Shown: positions 10,988 through 21,508, counted from the first letter of the stretch. The stretch: 64,000 bases of DNA from an uncultured cyanobacterium (GCA_963740315.1 CAVUDP010000002.1:2496001-2560000), one strand, 5' to 3'. The notes: generated from the letters alone by a model not told the origin. Numbers and translations are program-made.

Positions 10988-11696
10988 ATCAGTTGCAATT
11001 TTAGAAATTAGATTTTTTTATTCGCGTATTCTCAATCATCTAACTAAAGTTCTTTTCTGACTTCTACCCGTAGTTGGCTTTATTTAAGAAAAATCAATCA
11101 GAATGCTTTAAATTTAAAGCAACGATCGACCATAAAAGGGATAGTATTTTTGCTTTTATATGTATACGTTAAATAACGAGAAGCGAGAGCGGCATGGCTG
11201 TACTACCTGCTACTATTTTAAAAAACGACTTTTGATTCTATTTTTAATAAAAGACTAACTGAACGCAATTTTCCTAAAATATTTAAACTTTTCAAGCGTA
11301 AAACTCGTCCGTTCAAATCATGTTTTAATTAGCAATGAATACAGAACGCTAGGGTGGCGATCGCCATCTCCCATTGAACGCACCTTATAACCCAAATCGA
11401 CACGCGCACTTCCGATTATTAAAGTATGAAATTATACTTTTAAAACATCCTCTTGAAGTGCATTGTATTTCCTCAAAATTACTTCCAATAAATTATTAGT
11501 TGTCGCAAATTTTTTGTTTAAGATGTTTTTTTATCTGCCTTTAGTTGGATAAAAATATATATAACTATATTCTTTTCAAAGTTATTAGCCTTTATTCTGA
11601 TTTGGCTCAATTCTTTAAATCTATCTTTGGAGTGAATTTTATTTAATTTAAAACATACTATTGTGATAAATATTAAAAGCAAGTAGAGATAATAAC

Positions 11697-11809
11697 AGGA
11701 CTTACGCAGCGATAACGGAAAATATAGTCTTCTAGATGTTGTTCACCGCGAGCGGTGCGGCTCGATCCCCCCAACCCCCCTTATTTAAGGGGGGCTTTGC
11801 GTAAGTCCT
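11697..11809. mobile_element. MITE-like element with a perfect 12-bp TIR enclosing a GC-rich hairpin
   Basis: AGGACTTACGCA ... TGCGTAAGTCCT with internal CCCCCCTT-attt-AAGGGGGG. Same TIR family at 42927-43051. Confidence 0.55.
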
Positions 11810-11844
11810 AAATAAATTAAAAAAAATTAGTTGGAGAAGGTATT

Positions 11845-13257
11845 TTGAATATCTCAGCAAAATCGGCAGATAAAAAAGAATTTCAAAAAAGTAATTGGAT
11901 TACAAAATTAGTGGCAATTCTCACGCTAATCAATTTTGCTTTAGTTTTATTTGACTACACCTATATACCCTGGCGGGATTTCTATCTGCAATTTCCTCCT
12001 TTGACACAAATTTACGATCCAGTTAAAGGCATCGAACCCCACCCTGAAACGGAAATTTATCTAGCAAAATTTGATACTTTAAAAGATTTGGTTTCGGCGA
12101 ATCAATTAGATATACCTTCCTTAGAAGAAGATTTATTAGAACTAAGAATCATCAGCGATCGCCTGATTGAAGACAATCCGTTTGCAGCGATCGGCAAAAG
12201 CAGCACTTTTGAAAAAATTAAACATGAATTGGGCGATCGCGTAAATCAAAACTCTGCCCGCGATACTTTTGCTACCTTTTGGAGTCCTACTTATCTTTCT
12301 GAAGCAGGTTGGCAAGAAGAAATTAATTTTTTTGACCGAGAAATTAAACCGCCGATCGCAACCAATTACTATCGAGATTTAAACAGGTTCGGTAAGTTCG
12401 TCCAGTATTTCTGGTTAATCGAACTACCTTTTATACTCGTATTTGCTCTAGATATTTTGATTCGTACTTACTACAATAGCCGTCGTATTCCCCATTTAAG
12501 TTGGTGGGAAGCAATATTACGGCGTTGGTACGACTTTTTTCTCATACTTCCTACAGCGCGATGGTTGCGAGTCGTTCCCGTAACAGTTCGTCTGTATCAA
12601 GCTAATTTATTAAATTTAAAACCTTTACGCAAGCAGTTTAACTATAGTTTTATCATTGGTTTTATCGAGGAAATTGCCGAACTTCTAGGGATTCAAGTTA
12701 TCGATCGCTTGCAAAAGTCGATCGAAAAAGGTGAGGTATCTCATTGGCTGTTTCATCCCGAACATCGTTCTTATATTCAAGTTAATCATCGCAATGAGAT
12801 AAAAGCGATCGCCACTCGTTTAGTAAACATCAGTGTCAATGAAGTTCTTCCCCAAGTTAAACCAGATTTGGAAACCTTATTGCATCATGCAATTATAAGT
12901 ACTTTTGAACGCTTTCCCGTCTACCGAAGATTTCAAAAGATCCCTGGTTTTAATCAATTACCCGCTCAACTTACCGAACAATTAGCAACATATTTTTCTC
13001 AAACGGCTTACAACAGTATAGTTAACGGCGTAGAAGATCCGATTGCAGAACAACTATCCGATCGTTTGCTAACAAATTTTCGTGATGCTTTAGAACTAGA
13101 ATTACAAAAAAAGAATAACCTCAAAGATATTGAATCTTGGATAGTAGACTTGTTAGAAGAAATTAAAATCAATTACGTTGAAAGAATTGCCGACAATGAT
13201 TTTAATCAAACTATTGATGAAGCCGATCGCTTACGCAAAAATGTTGTTAAATCTTAG
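11845..13257 (+). CDS. Hypothetical membrane protein (470 aa)
   Basis: Long ORF (TTG start, GGAG upstream) with several TM segments and a helical C-terminus. Confidence 0.75.
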   Translation: MNISAKSADKKEFQKSNWITKLVAILTLINFALVLFDYTYIPWRDFYLQFPPLTQIYDPVKGIEPHPETEIYLAKFDTLKDLVSANQLDIPSLEEDLLELRIISDRLIEDNPFAAIGKSSTFEKIKHELGDRVNQNSARDTFATFWSPTYLSEAGWQEEINFFDREIKPPIATNYYRDLNRFGKFVQYFWLIELPFILVFALDILIRTYYNSRRIPHLSWWEAILRRWYDFFLILPTARWLRVVPVTVRLYQANLLNLKPLRKQFNYSFIIGFIEEIAELLGIQVIDRLQKSIEKGEVSHWLFHPEHRSYIQVNHRNEIKAIATRLVNISVNEVLPQVKPDLETLLHHAIISTFERFPVYRRFQKIPGFNQLPAQLTEQLATYFSQTAYNSIVNGVEDPIAEQLSDRLLTNFRDALELELQKKNNLKDIESWIVDLLEEIKINYVERIADNDFNQTIDEADRLRKNVVKS

Positions 13258-13547
13258 ACCTGAGATCAAAAGAAGAAATAAAAGATAATTTAACGTTGGG
13301 TTAATGAAACAACTCTCGGCACATTTTGGAAGCTGTTGGGATATGTGCTTGCTCTTAACAAGAGAAGCATTTGAGCAAATTAACACGGGAGCCTCTAATA
13401 TCTAGACTTATCTACATTTTAAGTCCTCTGATTACTCCCAACGTGTTCTAAAATTACCTACCTCTCTTTATTTCTTCCCTCTGTGTTCTTCGCGTCTAGT
13501 AAGGTTTTTTAATCAGTTATCTTTGGACGGAATAGAAGTTTAGAAAT

Positions 13548-14225
13548 TCAAGTTGCGATAGTTCTTTGGGACTGAACACTTCGGTTTATCCCACTTCCAA
13601 CTTCTGCATCTAACTGCTCGTCTTCTAAAACCAACCCTAATTCATCACGAATATCGCTAATCTGACGCGCCCAATTCTCTTCAAACCGATATACCAGCAA
13701 ACATTCAGCTTGTTTGCCCAGTGCTTTACCTCTGCGATTGTTGGCAAGTGTTTTCTTAATTTGAGTCGGTCTAATTATCAAAAAAATCAACAATACTAGC
13801 GGGTAAACTATATTCAGCATTTTGGTATAGTTTTGTCCGACAGTGAAGGCAAACACGCCCATTTCACCGGGATAGCTCGTATCAAATCCTAGCAAAATAT
13901 GAAATATGTCGTGGGTAACAATGTATCGCAGTGCGAAGGGATTGCGATCGGCTTCTTCTCGTAAATCTTCGCTGATTTCTAACGGTTGAATTCCACATTT
14001 ATGCATATGGTGGGCATATTCATAACCTAAAGTTCCTTCGGGTAGCTGACTAAGTTGTTCTAAATCAATTTTGGGGTAGTAGCCTACGAAGTCTTGTAGT
14101 TTGGCTTCAACTTTAGGATTTAAACCTATTCCGTACAACTCAGATTCAATTAATCCGATATCTCCTGCGTTCCCTTCTATGAAATAGTTTTTGAGTGCTT
14201 TGATAACACGTTTGATTGTAGCCAT
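13548..14225 (-). CDS. Coq4-family protein (paralog 2)
   Basis: LSQLPEGTLGYEYA and THDIFHILLGFDTSYPGE (HDxxH-x11-E). Confidence 0.85.
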   Translation of the reverse strand: MATIKRVIKALKNYFIEGNAGDIGLIESELYGIGLNPKVEAKLQDFVGYYPKIDLEQLSQLPEGTLGYEYAHHMHKCGIQPLEISEDLREEADRNPFALRYIVTHDIFHILLGFDTSYPGEMGVFAFTVGQNYTKMLNIVYPLVLLIFLIIRPTQIKKTLANNRRGKALGKQAECLLVYRFEENWARQISDIRDELGLVLEDEQLDAEVGSGINRSVQSQRTIAT

Positions 14226-14265
14226 TGTAATTACCTCTTATATAGTGTGTAAATAAAAATTGAAT

Positions 14266-14922
14266 TCAAGCAGCAACGGTTCCTGAAGACTGAGTGGCAA
14301 ATTCGTCTAACTGCTCCTCTTCTAAAACCAGCCCTAACTCAGAACGAATATCAGCGATCGCCCGCGCCCAATTATCTTCAAATCTATATGTCAGAAGACA
14401 CTTCGCCTTTTTACCAAGAGCTTTTCCTTTACGAATATTGCCACGCATCTGCTTGGCTTGATTGATGAAGATAAGCGGATACACAGATGTAATTAAAGGC
14501 TCGAATGCATTCATCATCTTGCTGTAATTTTGAGCAATGGTGAATGCAAACACCCCCATTTCACCTGCATAACTGGTGTCAAATCCTAGCAAGACATGAA
14601 ATATGTCGTGAGTAACTGTATACCGCAATGCAAAAAGATGACTGTCGGCTTCTTCTCTTAAATCCTGGCTGATTTCTAAAGGTTGAATCCCACATTTATG
14701 CATATGCTGGGCATATTCGTAACCTAAAGTTCCTTGTGGTAGCTGACTAAGTTTTTCAAGATTGATTGAAGGATAATAACCCGCGAAATCTTCCAGTTGA
14801 GCTAGAACTTTACTGTTTGCACCTAACCCAAAAATTTCAAATTTGAGAAAGGCAATGTCTCCTACTTCCCCTTTGGTGAAATAGTCTTTGATTGCTGTAA
14901 AGAAACGTTTGATGGTAGCCAT
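14266..14922 (-). CDS. Coq4-family protein (paralog 1)
   Basis: LSQLPQGTLGYEYA and THDIFHVLLGFDTSYAGE (HDxxH-x11-E). Confidence 0.85.
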   Translation of the reverse strand: MATIKRFFTAIKDYFTKGEVGDIAFLKFEIFGLGANSKVLAQLEDFAGYYPSINLEKLSQLPQGTLGYEYAQHMHKCGIQPLEISQDLREEADSHLFALRYTVTHDIFHVLLGFDTSYAGEMGVFAFTIAQNYSKMMNAFEPLITSVYPLIFINQAKQMRGNIRKGKALGKKAKCLLTYRFEDNWARAIADIRSELGLVLEEEQLDEFATQSSGTVAA

Positions 14923-15038
14923 AATGGCGAAACTCCTATGAATATTAGTAATAAAGCGGCGTTAAGTGTTTAAGCTTGAAATTGCAGGCGATCGTTTTTT
15001 TGGTATTAAAATTGCCTTGAACGGAAGTTACTTTTTTG

Positions 15039-15099
15039 TGACCAATTAGTCATGTGACCTTATAGTCATACTATAAAGACAAAATGTCCAATATGTCAA
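15039..15099 (-). promoter_or_regulatory. Sigma70-type promoter with a double palindromic operator, upstream of the Coq4 pair
   Basis: TGAC-caatta-GTCA-tg-TGAC-cttata-GTCA (15039-15068). Minus strand TTGACA (15099-15094), N18, TATAGT (15075-15070). Confidence 0.75.
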
Positions 15100-15225
15100 G
15101 CTATCTGATAGTATTGCTTGGGATGTAACTATTTACGTAGTCTTGGCTTCGCTTGTCTCTATCTTTGGAGATAAGAGTAAATAAGGAACTTTGTTTAAAA
15201 ATTAGCTTGAATTAGCAGGGTTTAT

Positions 15226-15262
15226 AAAAATAGCCCCAGGGTTAGATTCTGGGGCGTTTTTG
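15226..15262. terminator. Bidirectional terminator-like hairpin
   Basis: AAAAA-ta-GCCCCAG...CTGGGGC-g-TTTTT. Confidence 0.5.
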
Positions 15263-15316
15263 TTGAGGAGTTAGGATTATTTTTGTATTTGTTCATATTT
15301 TGCACCATTTTCAAAA

Positions 15317-15432
15317 CCGCTAGGGAATGCAATTCCCCAGCTAATAGCAGAAGTCCTCTGAAGAGGACTGTGTAAGATTTTCAGTCTACTTGAGTAGACT
15401 TGGGCTATTAGCCTCGGAATTGATTCCGAGGT
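15317..15432. repeat. Symmetric multi-hairpin dispersed repeat
   Basis: CTAATAGC / GCTATTAG arms with AGTC-hairpin-GACT units and terminal GGAAT..ATTCC hairpins. A related half occurs at 2843-2862. Confidence 0.5.
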
Positions 15433-15621
15433 GATTGTGAGGCATATATGATGCAATTAAATTGATAATCACAGTAATTTACCTTCTTAAAGCGGATATT
15501 TTGATTGGTTTGCCAGGATAACTGATTGTTGGGTTACAGCATATTATTATTTCGTTATGATTGAAAATTTTTTCCAGTCGTAACCAACCTGACTTTTCAC
15601 AGTACTTACTATATTTTTAAA

Positions 15622-16005
15622 TTAATCTATTTTTATGACTTCTAATGTCAAAATTCCTTTGGGTTTATTCACCACCAGTTGCATGATATCCAACCACAGC
15701 GAACCCATCAAAGTGTCGGGAATTTCCTCACCAACATGAATTGGAATCGTAAACTCGCGATCGTCAACAATTACTTTCCCCTCATATAAGTCAAAGTAAT
15801 CTACCCCTTGAGCAGTCTGCATCTCAATTTTGGGTATGATAATTAACCACTCAAGAGCTTCCAAGTCTTGATAGTTAATTGCCAGCCATCCCGTTGTAAA
15901 TCCTGTATCAAGTATTGCTTCTACTTCAAATTGCTCGCCGTTCGCTGCAACCATTTGGACAGAAAAAAATAACTCCCCATTGTTACCAAACTGCCCTGCA
16001 ATCAT
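15622..16005 (-). CDS. Small clan AA (retropepsin-like) aspartyl protease
   Basis: EAILDTGFT motif and C-terminal LMG; 4-bp overlap with the upstream gene. Confidence 0.75.
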   Translation of the reverse strand: MIAGQFGNNGELFFSVQMVAANGEQFEVEAILDTGFTTGWLAINYQDLEALEWLIIIPKIEMQTAQGVDYFDLYEGKVIVDDREFTIPIHVGEEIPDTLMGSLWLDIMQLVVNKPKGILTLEVIKID

Positions 16006-16316
16006 ATCTTGCCACAGGCTCCAGTGGAGTTAAGCCGAAAAATAGTAATGTCCGCATCTGTTCGGGGATACTGGTTGCGAACTTGCTGTAACAAACTTTC
16101 TAATTTCTGGTCAAGAAGGTAGTTTTCGCTGTCCGCATCAATGGCGATCAACCAATTGTAATGATTTTCGATTAATTGGGGACGAATGCGTTCAAAAATT
16201 GCTCGGCAACGGTTGCCAATTTCTGAGCGTTGATGCTTGCGACGACTGATGTCTTCGGGTTTTAACTCGGAATGCGGCAATATCCGACTTCTACGTTGCT
16301 GGGATAGGTTAGCCAT
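16002..16316 (-). CDS. Small hypothetical partner of the aspartyl protease (104 aa)
   Basis: ATG at 16316 (MANLSQQRR). RPQLIENHYNWLIAIDADS...FRLNSTGACGKI. Coupled to the protease by an ATGA overlap. Confidence 0.7.
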   Translation of the reverse strand: MANLSQQRRSRILPHSELKPEDISRRKHQRSEIGNRCRAIFERIRPQLIENHYNWLIAIDADSENYLLDQKLESLLQQVRNQYPRTDADITIFRLNSTGACGKI

Positions 16317-16377
16317 ATTGAATATGTACCTGAATAATATACATATTTCAATTATTGCTTGCAATGCCCATAACTGG

Positions 16378-16512
16378 TAAGTAAGTCGGTACATACAAAT
16401 AAACCGAATCACGTAACAGGATGTAAACAATCATCAAACCTCTGGGATTGCTTCGTTTCACTCCGTTCCACTCGCAATGACATACCTTGATTTTTTAACG
16501 CTGACTTACTTA
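16378..16512. mobile_element. MITE-like shell enclosing a GGGATTGCTTCG...CTCGCAATGAC repeat
   Basis: TAAGTAAGTCGG ... CTGACTTACTTA (11/12 match). Same TIR at 62495-62626; same inner repeat inverted at 21749-21774. Confidence 0.5.
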
Positions 16513-16564
16513 ATCGTGTCTGTAATGTTTAACATCCCAACAACATCTATCTATTGGTAGACAT

Positions 16565-19500
16565 TCAAGCAGCCTCAGCTTCACTCACCTCTGTCTTCGG
16601 CGTTAACAGTAAATACAAACAAGGCACCACAACCAATGCAATCAACGTTGCAGCAAGTAAACCGAAGATAATTGCATTACATAGAGGCATCCAAGTTGGA
16701 TCGCTCAAGGCTAGGGGAATTAAACCAATGATTGTAGTGACACTTGTTGTTAATACTGGACGCAAGCGATCGCCTGCTCCTTTGGCGGCGGCTAATCTAA
16801 CTTTCATCCCTTCTTGTTGATAGCTGTTCATGGTATCAACCATCACAATGGCATCGTTAACTACAATTCCTACTAAAGCGATAATACCGATAAACACGGA
16901 GAAAGAAAAAGGAATTCCTACTAGGTAAAATCCGCCGAAAGTACCAATTAAGGCGAAGGGAATCGCAAGTAAGATAATAAACGGCTGTCGGAAGGAACCG
17001 AGTTGCAGTACTAAGACGGCAAACACCAAGAAAACAGCTATACCAAGCGCTTGTCCTGCGGAACCAAAAGTTTCTGCTTGATCTGCTGTCTCACCCCCAA
17101 AGCTGTAACTGTAGCCAGCTGGCCAGGTCTTTTTCATTTCTTCTAATTTCGGTTCTAAATCTGCGAGAATCTCCCCTACAGTACGGTTGTCATTTTTCGA
17201 TAACACCGTTGCGGTGCGTCGTGCATTTCTCCGAGCAATTGAAAGAGGAGCTTGTGCCTGCACGGCTTCAACAACGGCACTTGCAGAGATTAATTCTTCA
17301 CTGGAATTATCGCTAAAAAAGCGGACTGCTAATAATTCATCCCTACGAGTGGGTCCGCCAACTCTACCATTACGAGAAGGCCAAGCCGTACTCAAACGGA
17401 TTTCCAAGTCTTCTCGATTGCCACCAACGGCGAAATTACCAACGTCGATCGCTCTGGTATAATACTGTGCCTGGGTGGTGAGTTGTTCTTCAGTTAAACC
17501 GTAAAAACTCAGTTCCTCGCGCTTGGGTATTAAGCGTAAATCTGACTGCAAAGTCCCCAGGCTATCCCGGACATCGGTAGCGCCGCGAATTTGCTGTAGC
17601 TCGCTTTGCACTTGCTGAGAAATTTCGCGCAGTTGTGTTAAATCGGTACCAGTAATTTCAATTTGAATCGGGTCGCCGCTTTGTCCGGATTGTTGGGCAT
17701 TTAATACCATTGTTGCCCCTGGATATTTACTGACGACAGTTTTTAATTCATTACGCAAACCGTCTAAGTATTTATAGGAAATTTGCTCTCGTTGTTCTTG
17801 GGGAACCAAAACTCCAGAGAAGCCGAGTAAATAACTACCTGTATTTGGTTGCAGTTCGCCGGATGATACCAAGCTACTGCGTTGACCGACGTATTTAATT
17901 ACGCTTTCAACGTCATCTTTTTGACGTAAAATCTCTCCCACATCGTCGGCAACTTCTTGGGTAACGTTAAGGGTTGTGGTGGGAGGTAAATCCACGTTAA
18001 CGCTGAAATTGCGCTGGTCGGATTGGGGGAAAAATTCTACAGGAATTTGGGTAAAAGCGAGTAGGGCGCAGACAAACAAAGCGACGGTTCCCAGCACCCA
18101 AGCACGAGCTGTCGCTTTATTTCTGACGGTATGGTTGAGACTCCAGCGCACCCAACGTTCGGATGCATGTTCGCTAAGTTTATCAACGCGAGATTTTTTT
18201 TCTCCACCTTTGACATTCGCTAATAAGTAACGAGATAGGGGAATGTCTATGAAAATTGCGATCGCAAAACTCAGCACCAAACAAATAATTGCGGCGATCG
18301 GCAGTAATTCGATAAATTTACCTAAAGTACCGCTAATTGCCATCAACGGTGTCAAGGCTAAAATTGTGGTCAACTGTCCGGAAAAAGCCGGAGGTGCATA
18401 AGTTTTCACCGTATGGAGTGCGGCTTTCTCAAAACTCATATGCTTGACAAAAATCGCTTCGTGCATTCCCTCCATCATCAAGATGAACACATCCACCAAA
18501 ATTCCCAAAGCCAACACCATGCCGATTAGCACCATGTTGTTGAGAGTTTGACCCATTAGCCACAGAACCGCTAATGCTCCTAAAAACGTCAGCGGAATCG
18601 AAAGTCCGGCTATCAAAGCCTCGCGCCAGGAAAGAGCAATAAATAAGATCACAAATACCGCCAGCATTGCCTGCAACGCATTTACGAACAAATTGCCCAA
18701 CTGCTCCCAAATAATCTCCGACTCATCGGAAATGACGCGGTATTCCATCCCATAAGGCCAAACATTAGGATTGAGCTTAATCTCGTCAATTTTGGCGCGG
18801 ACTTTATCGATCACTTCAATCGAATCTTGTCCCGGCACTTTTTTAACGCTAATGCTGACAACTGGCTGAAATTCTTGCTCCTTAACGCTGATAAAGGCAC
18901 GGGTGCTTTCTTGTTCGAGTTCGCGAGTCACGGAAGCAACTTCATTTAAGCGGACAACTCGTCCAGATAAACGAGCGATCGGCAATTCCTGCAACTCTTC
19001 AATCTTGCGAAACCTGCCGTAAAATCGTACTTGAGTACCAATGACATCGCTTTCGATCTCGTTGAGGGGAACATCCCGGTTAGCAGCGCGAATTTGATTG
19101 GCTACCGTAGTTGGTGAAATCCCCAATGTAGCCAAACGAAAGGGATTCATTTGCACGCTGATTACTTCTTCCCTAGCACCAGCAATATTTACTTCACTTA
19201 CCCCGGCTACCTCTTCCAAACGATCTTCTATTTGCTGAGTAGCTTGAGAAATTACCGTTGGGTCAATGTTACCGTACAGTGCCAGGGTAAGAATCGGAGC
19301 ATCGCTAACAGAAGCCTGGGTAACTGTAGGTTCATCCGCATCTCTGGGTAGTCGTGATTCTGCTTGAGAAACCGCTTCCCGTAATTCTTGAATTGCTTTA
19401 TCGCTGTTAGCACTACTGTTAAACTCGACGTTGATTACCGAGAAACCCGTATAAGAAGCACTTTGAATTTGGCTGATATTTTCAACTGAGGTAATTTCTT

Positions 19501-19765
19501 TCTCGATTTCGTTGGTGATTTGCTGTTCAATGGTTTGTGGATCGGCACCACCCCAAGAAGTAGTAATACTCCCAACAGCAATATCAATATCTGGTTGGGA
19601 TTGTTTTGTCATCGAAAAATAACCCAATATCCCGCCAATAACTAATAGTAGGGTTAAAAGTATCGCGAAAATCGTGTTTAAGAAAAAGAAACGTTCAAAG
19701 AATGAGGGTTTACTCACATTAGGAGTTTCTTTTTGGTTTTCTGGTGAAGATTCTAATCTACTCAT
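16565..19765 (-). CDS. RND efflux permease (AcrB/AcrD/AcrF family)
   Basis: 1066 aa with two large periplasmic loops; GILVDVFI, GIVVNDAIVMVD and RLRPVLTTS motifs. Confidence 0.95.
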   Translation of the reverse strand: MSRLESSPENQKETPNVSKPSFFERFFFLNTIFAILLTLLLVIGGILGYFSMTKQSQPDIDIAVGSITTSWGGADPQTIEQQITNEIEKEITSVENISQIQSASYTGFSVINVEFNSSANSDKAIQELREAVSQAESRLPRDADEPTVTQASVSDAPILTLALYGNIDPTVISQATQQIEDRLEEVAGVSEVNIAGAREEVISVQMNPFRLATLGISPTTVANQIRAANRDVPLNEIESDVIGTQVRFYGRFRKIEELQELPIARLSGRVVRLNEVASVTRELEQESTRAFISVKEQEFQPVVSISVKKVPGQDSIEVIDKVRAKIDEIKLNPNVWPYGMEYRVISDESEIIWEQLGNLFVNALQAMLAVFVILFIALSWREALIAGLSIPLTFLGALAVLWLMGQTLNNMVLIGMVLALGILVDVFILMMEGMHEAIFVKHMSFEKAALHTVKTYAPPAFSGQLTTILALTPLMAISGTLGKFIELLPIAAIICLVLSFAIAIFIDIPLSRYLLANVKGGEKKSRVDKLSEHASERWVRWSLNHTVRNKATARAWVLGTVALFVCALLAFTQIPVEFFPQSDQRNFSVNVDLPPTTTLNVTQEVADDVGEILRQKDDVESVIKYVGQRSSLVSSGELQPNTGSYLLGFSGVLVPQEQREQISYKYLDGLRNELKTVVSKYPGATMVLNAQQSGQSGDPIQIEITGTDLTQLREISQQVQSELQQIRGATDVRDSLGTLQSDLRLIPKREELSFYGLTEEQLTTQAQYYTRAIDVGNFAVGGNREDLEIRLSTAWPSRNGRVGGPTRRDELLAVRFFSDNSSEELISASAVVEAVQAQAPLSIARRNARRTATVLSKNDNRTVGEILADLEPKLEEMKKTWPAGYSYSFGGETADQAETFGSAGQALGIAVFLVFAVLVLQLGSFRQPFIILLAIPFALIGTFGGFYLVGIPFSFSVFIGIIALVGIVVNDAIVMVDTMNSYQQEGMKVRLAAAKGAGDRLRPVLTTSVTTIIGLIPLALSDPTWMPLCNAIIFGLLAATLIALVVVPCLYLLLTPKTEVSEAEAA

Positions 19766-19834
19766 TGCAATTTAGAGAGGGGGAAGAGGGGGAAGAATTT
19801 TATTGATAACTGATAACTGTTCACTGTTCACTGT

Positions 19835-21508
19835 TCACTGTTCACTGATAACTGTCACAGGTGCGCCGTTTACAAGACGATTTTGTCCTTGAGTAATAAC
19901 GGATTCTCCGGCTTTGATTCCGCTGATAATTTGCTGTTGGGTAATGCCTTTTATTCCTAGTTCTACTTTTCGCTGTTCGACTATCCCTTTCTCGTTAACT
20001 ACGAAAACATTGGGGGTTTGGTCGCGGTAAACTACTGTATTAATAGGAACGACGACGGCGTTTGGTTCTTCTTCTACCGCAATCCATGTCAAGACTCGTT
20101 CGCCATGTCGGATATTTTTGGTGGTTGCCGGATTTAAACGAATTTTGGCTTCAATTGCTCGTCCTCCGGGGCTGATGGCGGGGTTAACCGCAAAGACTTC
20201 ACCTTCAGCACGAGCGTTGGCGATTAAGGTTTCGTTGTCAGTACTTACACTGACTGAAGATTTTGTGTTTGTCTCTGAGGCAACATATACTGTTTGATCT
20301 GGTTCAACTTTCTCGCCGTTGGAGCCTGCTAAATCTACAGTCACTTCATAACGGGTAGGATCGATTACTACCATTGGTATTCTTTCTAAAATTCCCTGGT
20401 AATCGCCGCCAATCTGAGAACTTACTGCTTGAGGTGAGAAATTATCTCCTTCTCTGTAGTTGAGATAAGCAACAATACCGTCGAAGGGAGCAATAATGCT
20501 GGCTCCTTCTAAAGCCACTTTTGCTTGAATTAACCGGGCTTCGGCTGTGACAATACCGCTTTGTGTGGCATCAAGTTGTTCTTGAGCGGCTCTAACTCCG
20601 GCTTGTGCTGACTCTACTTGTGATTCGGCTGTCTGTACTTGCGATCGCGCTGACTCTACCTGAGATTGGGCTGAGTTTACTTGAGATTTGGCAGATAAAA
20701 CATCAGCCTCGGTATCGCGGAAGGCATTTTGTCTGGTGTCGAATTCCTGACGAGGAACGGCTCCTTGATTAACCAGCGAGCGATAGCGTTCGAGATTGGT
20801 AGCCGCTAGATTGCGAGCCGTTTGGGCTTTTTGGACTTGCGCTTGCGCTTGCGATACTGCCGATCGCGTTTGGGAAACTTGCGATCGCGCTTGGGATACT
20901 TGCGAACGTGCTTGTGATACTTGCGAACGCGATTGAGCGACATTTGCAGCGGATGCAGCTTTTTGCTTGCGTGCTTCGGCGATCGCAGCTTCGGCTTGTC
21001 GAACATCTGCTACAAGTTTGCGATCGTCTACCCGTGCGAGTAGCTCTCCTTTTTTAACTCTATCTCCTTCTCGCAATCTTCTGCCGTTACGACGAGCCAA
21101 AAAAGTTACGTCTCCTGCGACATCAAAGCTTAGATGTTTATATTTTGCTGCTGTAACTCTACCTTCACTGGAAACCCAAGCGCGGATTGGTTCTTGTTGC
21201 GCTTTTATGGTTCGCACGGAAAGCGGTGCAGCTTTAGCTACGGGGGTTTCTTCTGGAGCGCTTTCCCAAGGGCGAACTACTGCGACACCACCACCTAATA
21301 CACCTAATAAAGCTACTAACCACCAATACTTTTTAAAAGTTGCTTTAATTTTATTGTCTTTTTTATCGGGTTTTTCAACTTTCTCTCGATCTAATTGTTC
21401 TGGAGAATCTTGATATTCTTGAGGTGTTAACTCCTGCATCTCGCTTGAAGATTCATCGGAATGCACGTTACCTAAGTCGTCGTCGAATGATGGTGAATAA
21501 TTGCTCAC
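19835..21508 (-). CDS. RND efflux periplasmic adaptor (membrane fusion protein)
   Basis: TM anchor, EGDRVKKGELLA and IIAPFDGIV lipoyl halves, long heptad hairpin. GTG at 21508 is the likely start. Confidence 0.9.
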   Translation of the reverse strand: MSNYSPSFDDDLGNVHSDESSSEMQELTPQEYQDSPEQLDREKVEKPDKKDNKIKATFKKYWWLVALLGVLGGGVAVVRPWESAPEETPVAKAAPLSVRTIKAQQEPIRAWVSSEGRVTAAKYKHLSFDVAGDVTFLARRNGRRLREGDRVKKGELLARVDDRKLVADVRQAEAAIAEARKQKAASAANVAQSRSQVSQARSQVSQARSQVSQTRSAVSQAQAQVQKAQTARNLAATNLERYRSLVNQGAVPRQEFDTRQNAFRDTEADVLSAKSQVNSAQSQVESARSQVQTAESQVESAQAGVRAAQEQLDATQSGIVTAEARLIQAKVALEGASIIAPFDGIVAYLNYREGDNFSPQAVSSQIGGDYQGILERIPMVVIDPTRYEVTVDLAGSNGEKVEPDQTVYVASETNTKSSVSVSTDNETLIANARAEGEVFAVNPAISPGGRAIEAKIRLNPATTKNIRHGERVLTWIAVEEEPNAVVVPINTVVYRDQTPNVFVVNEKGIVEQRKVELGIKGITQQQIISGIKAGESVITQGQNRLVNGAPVTVISEQ

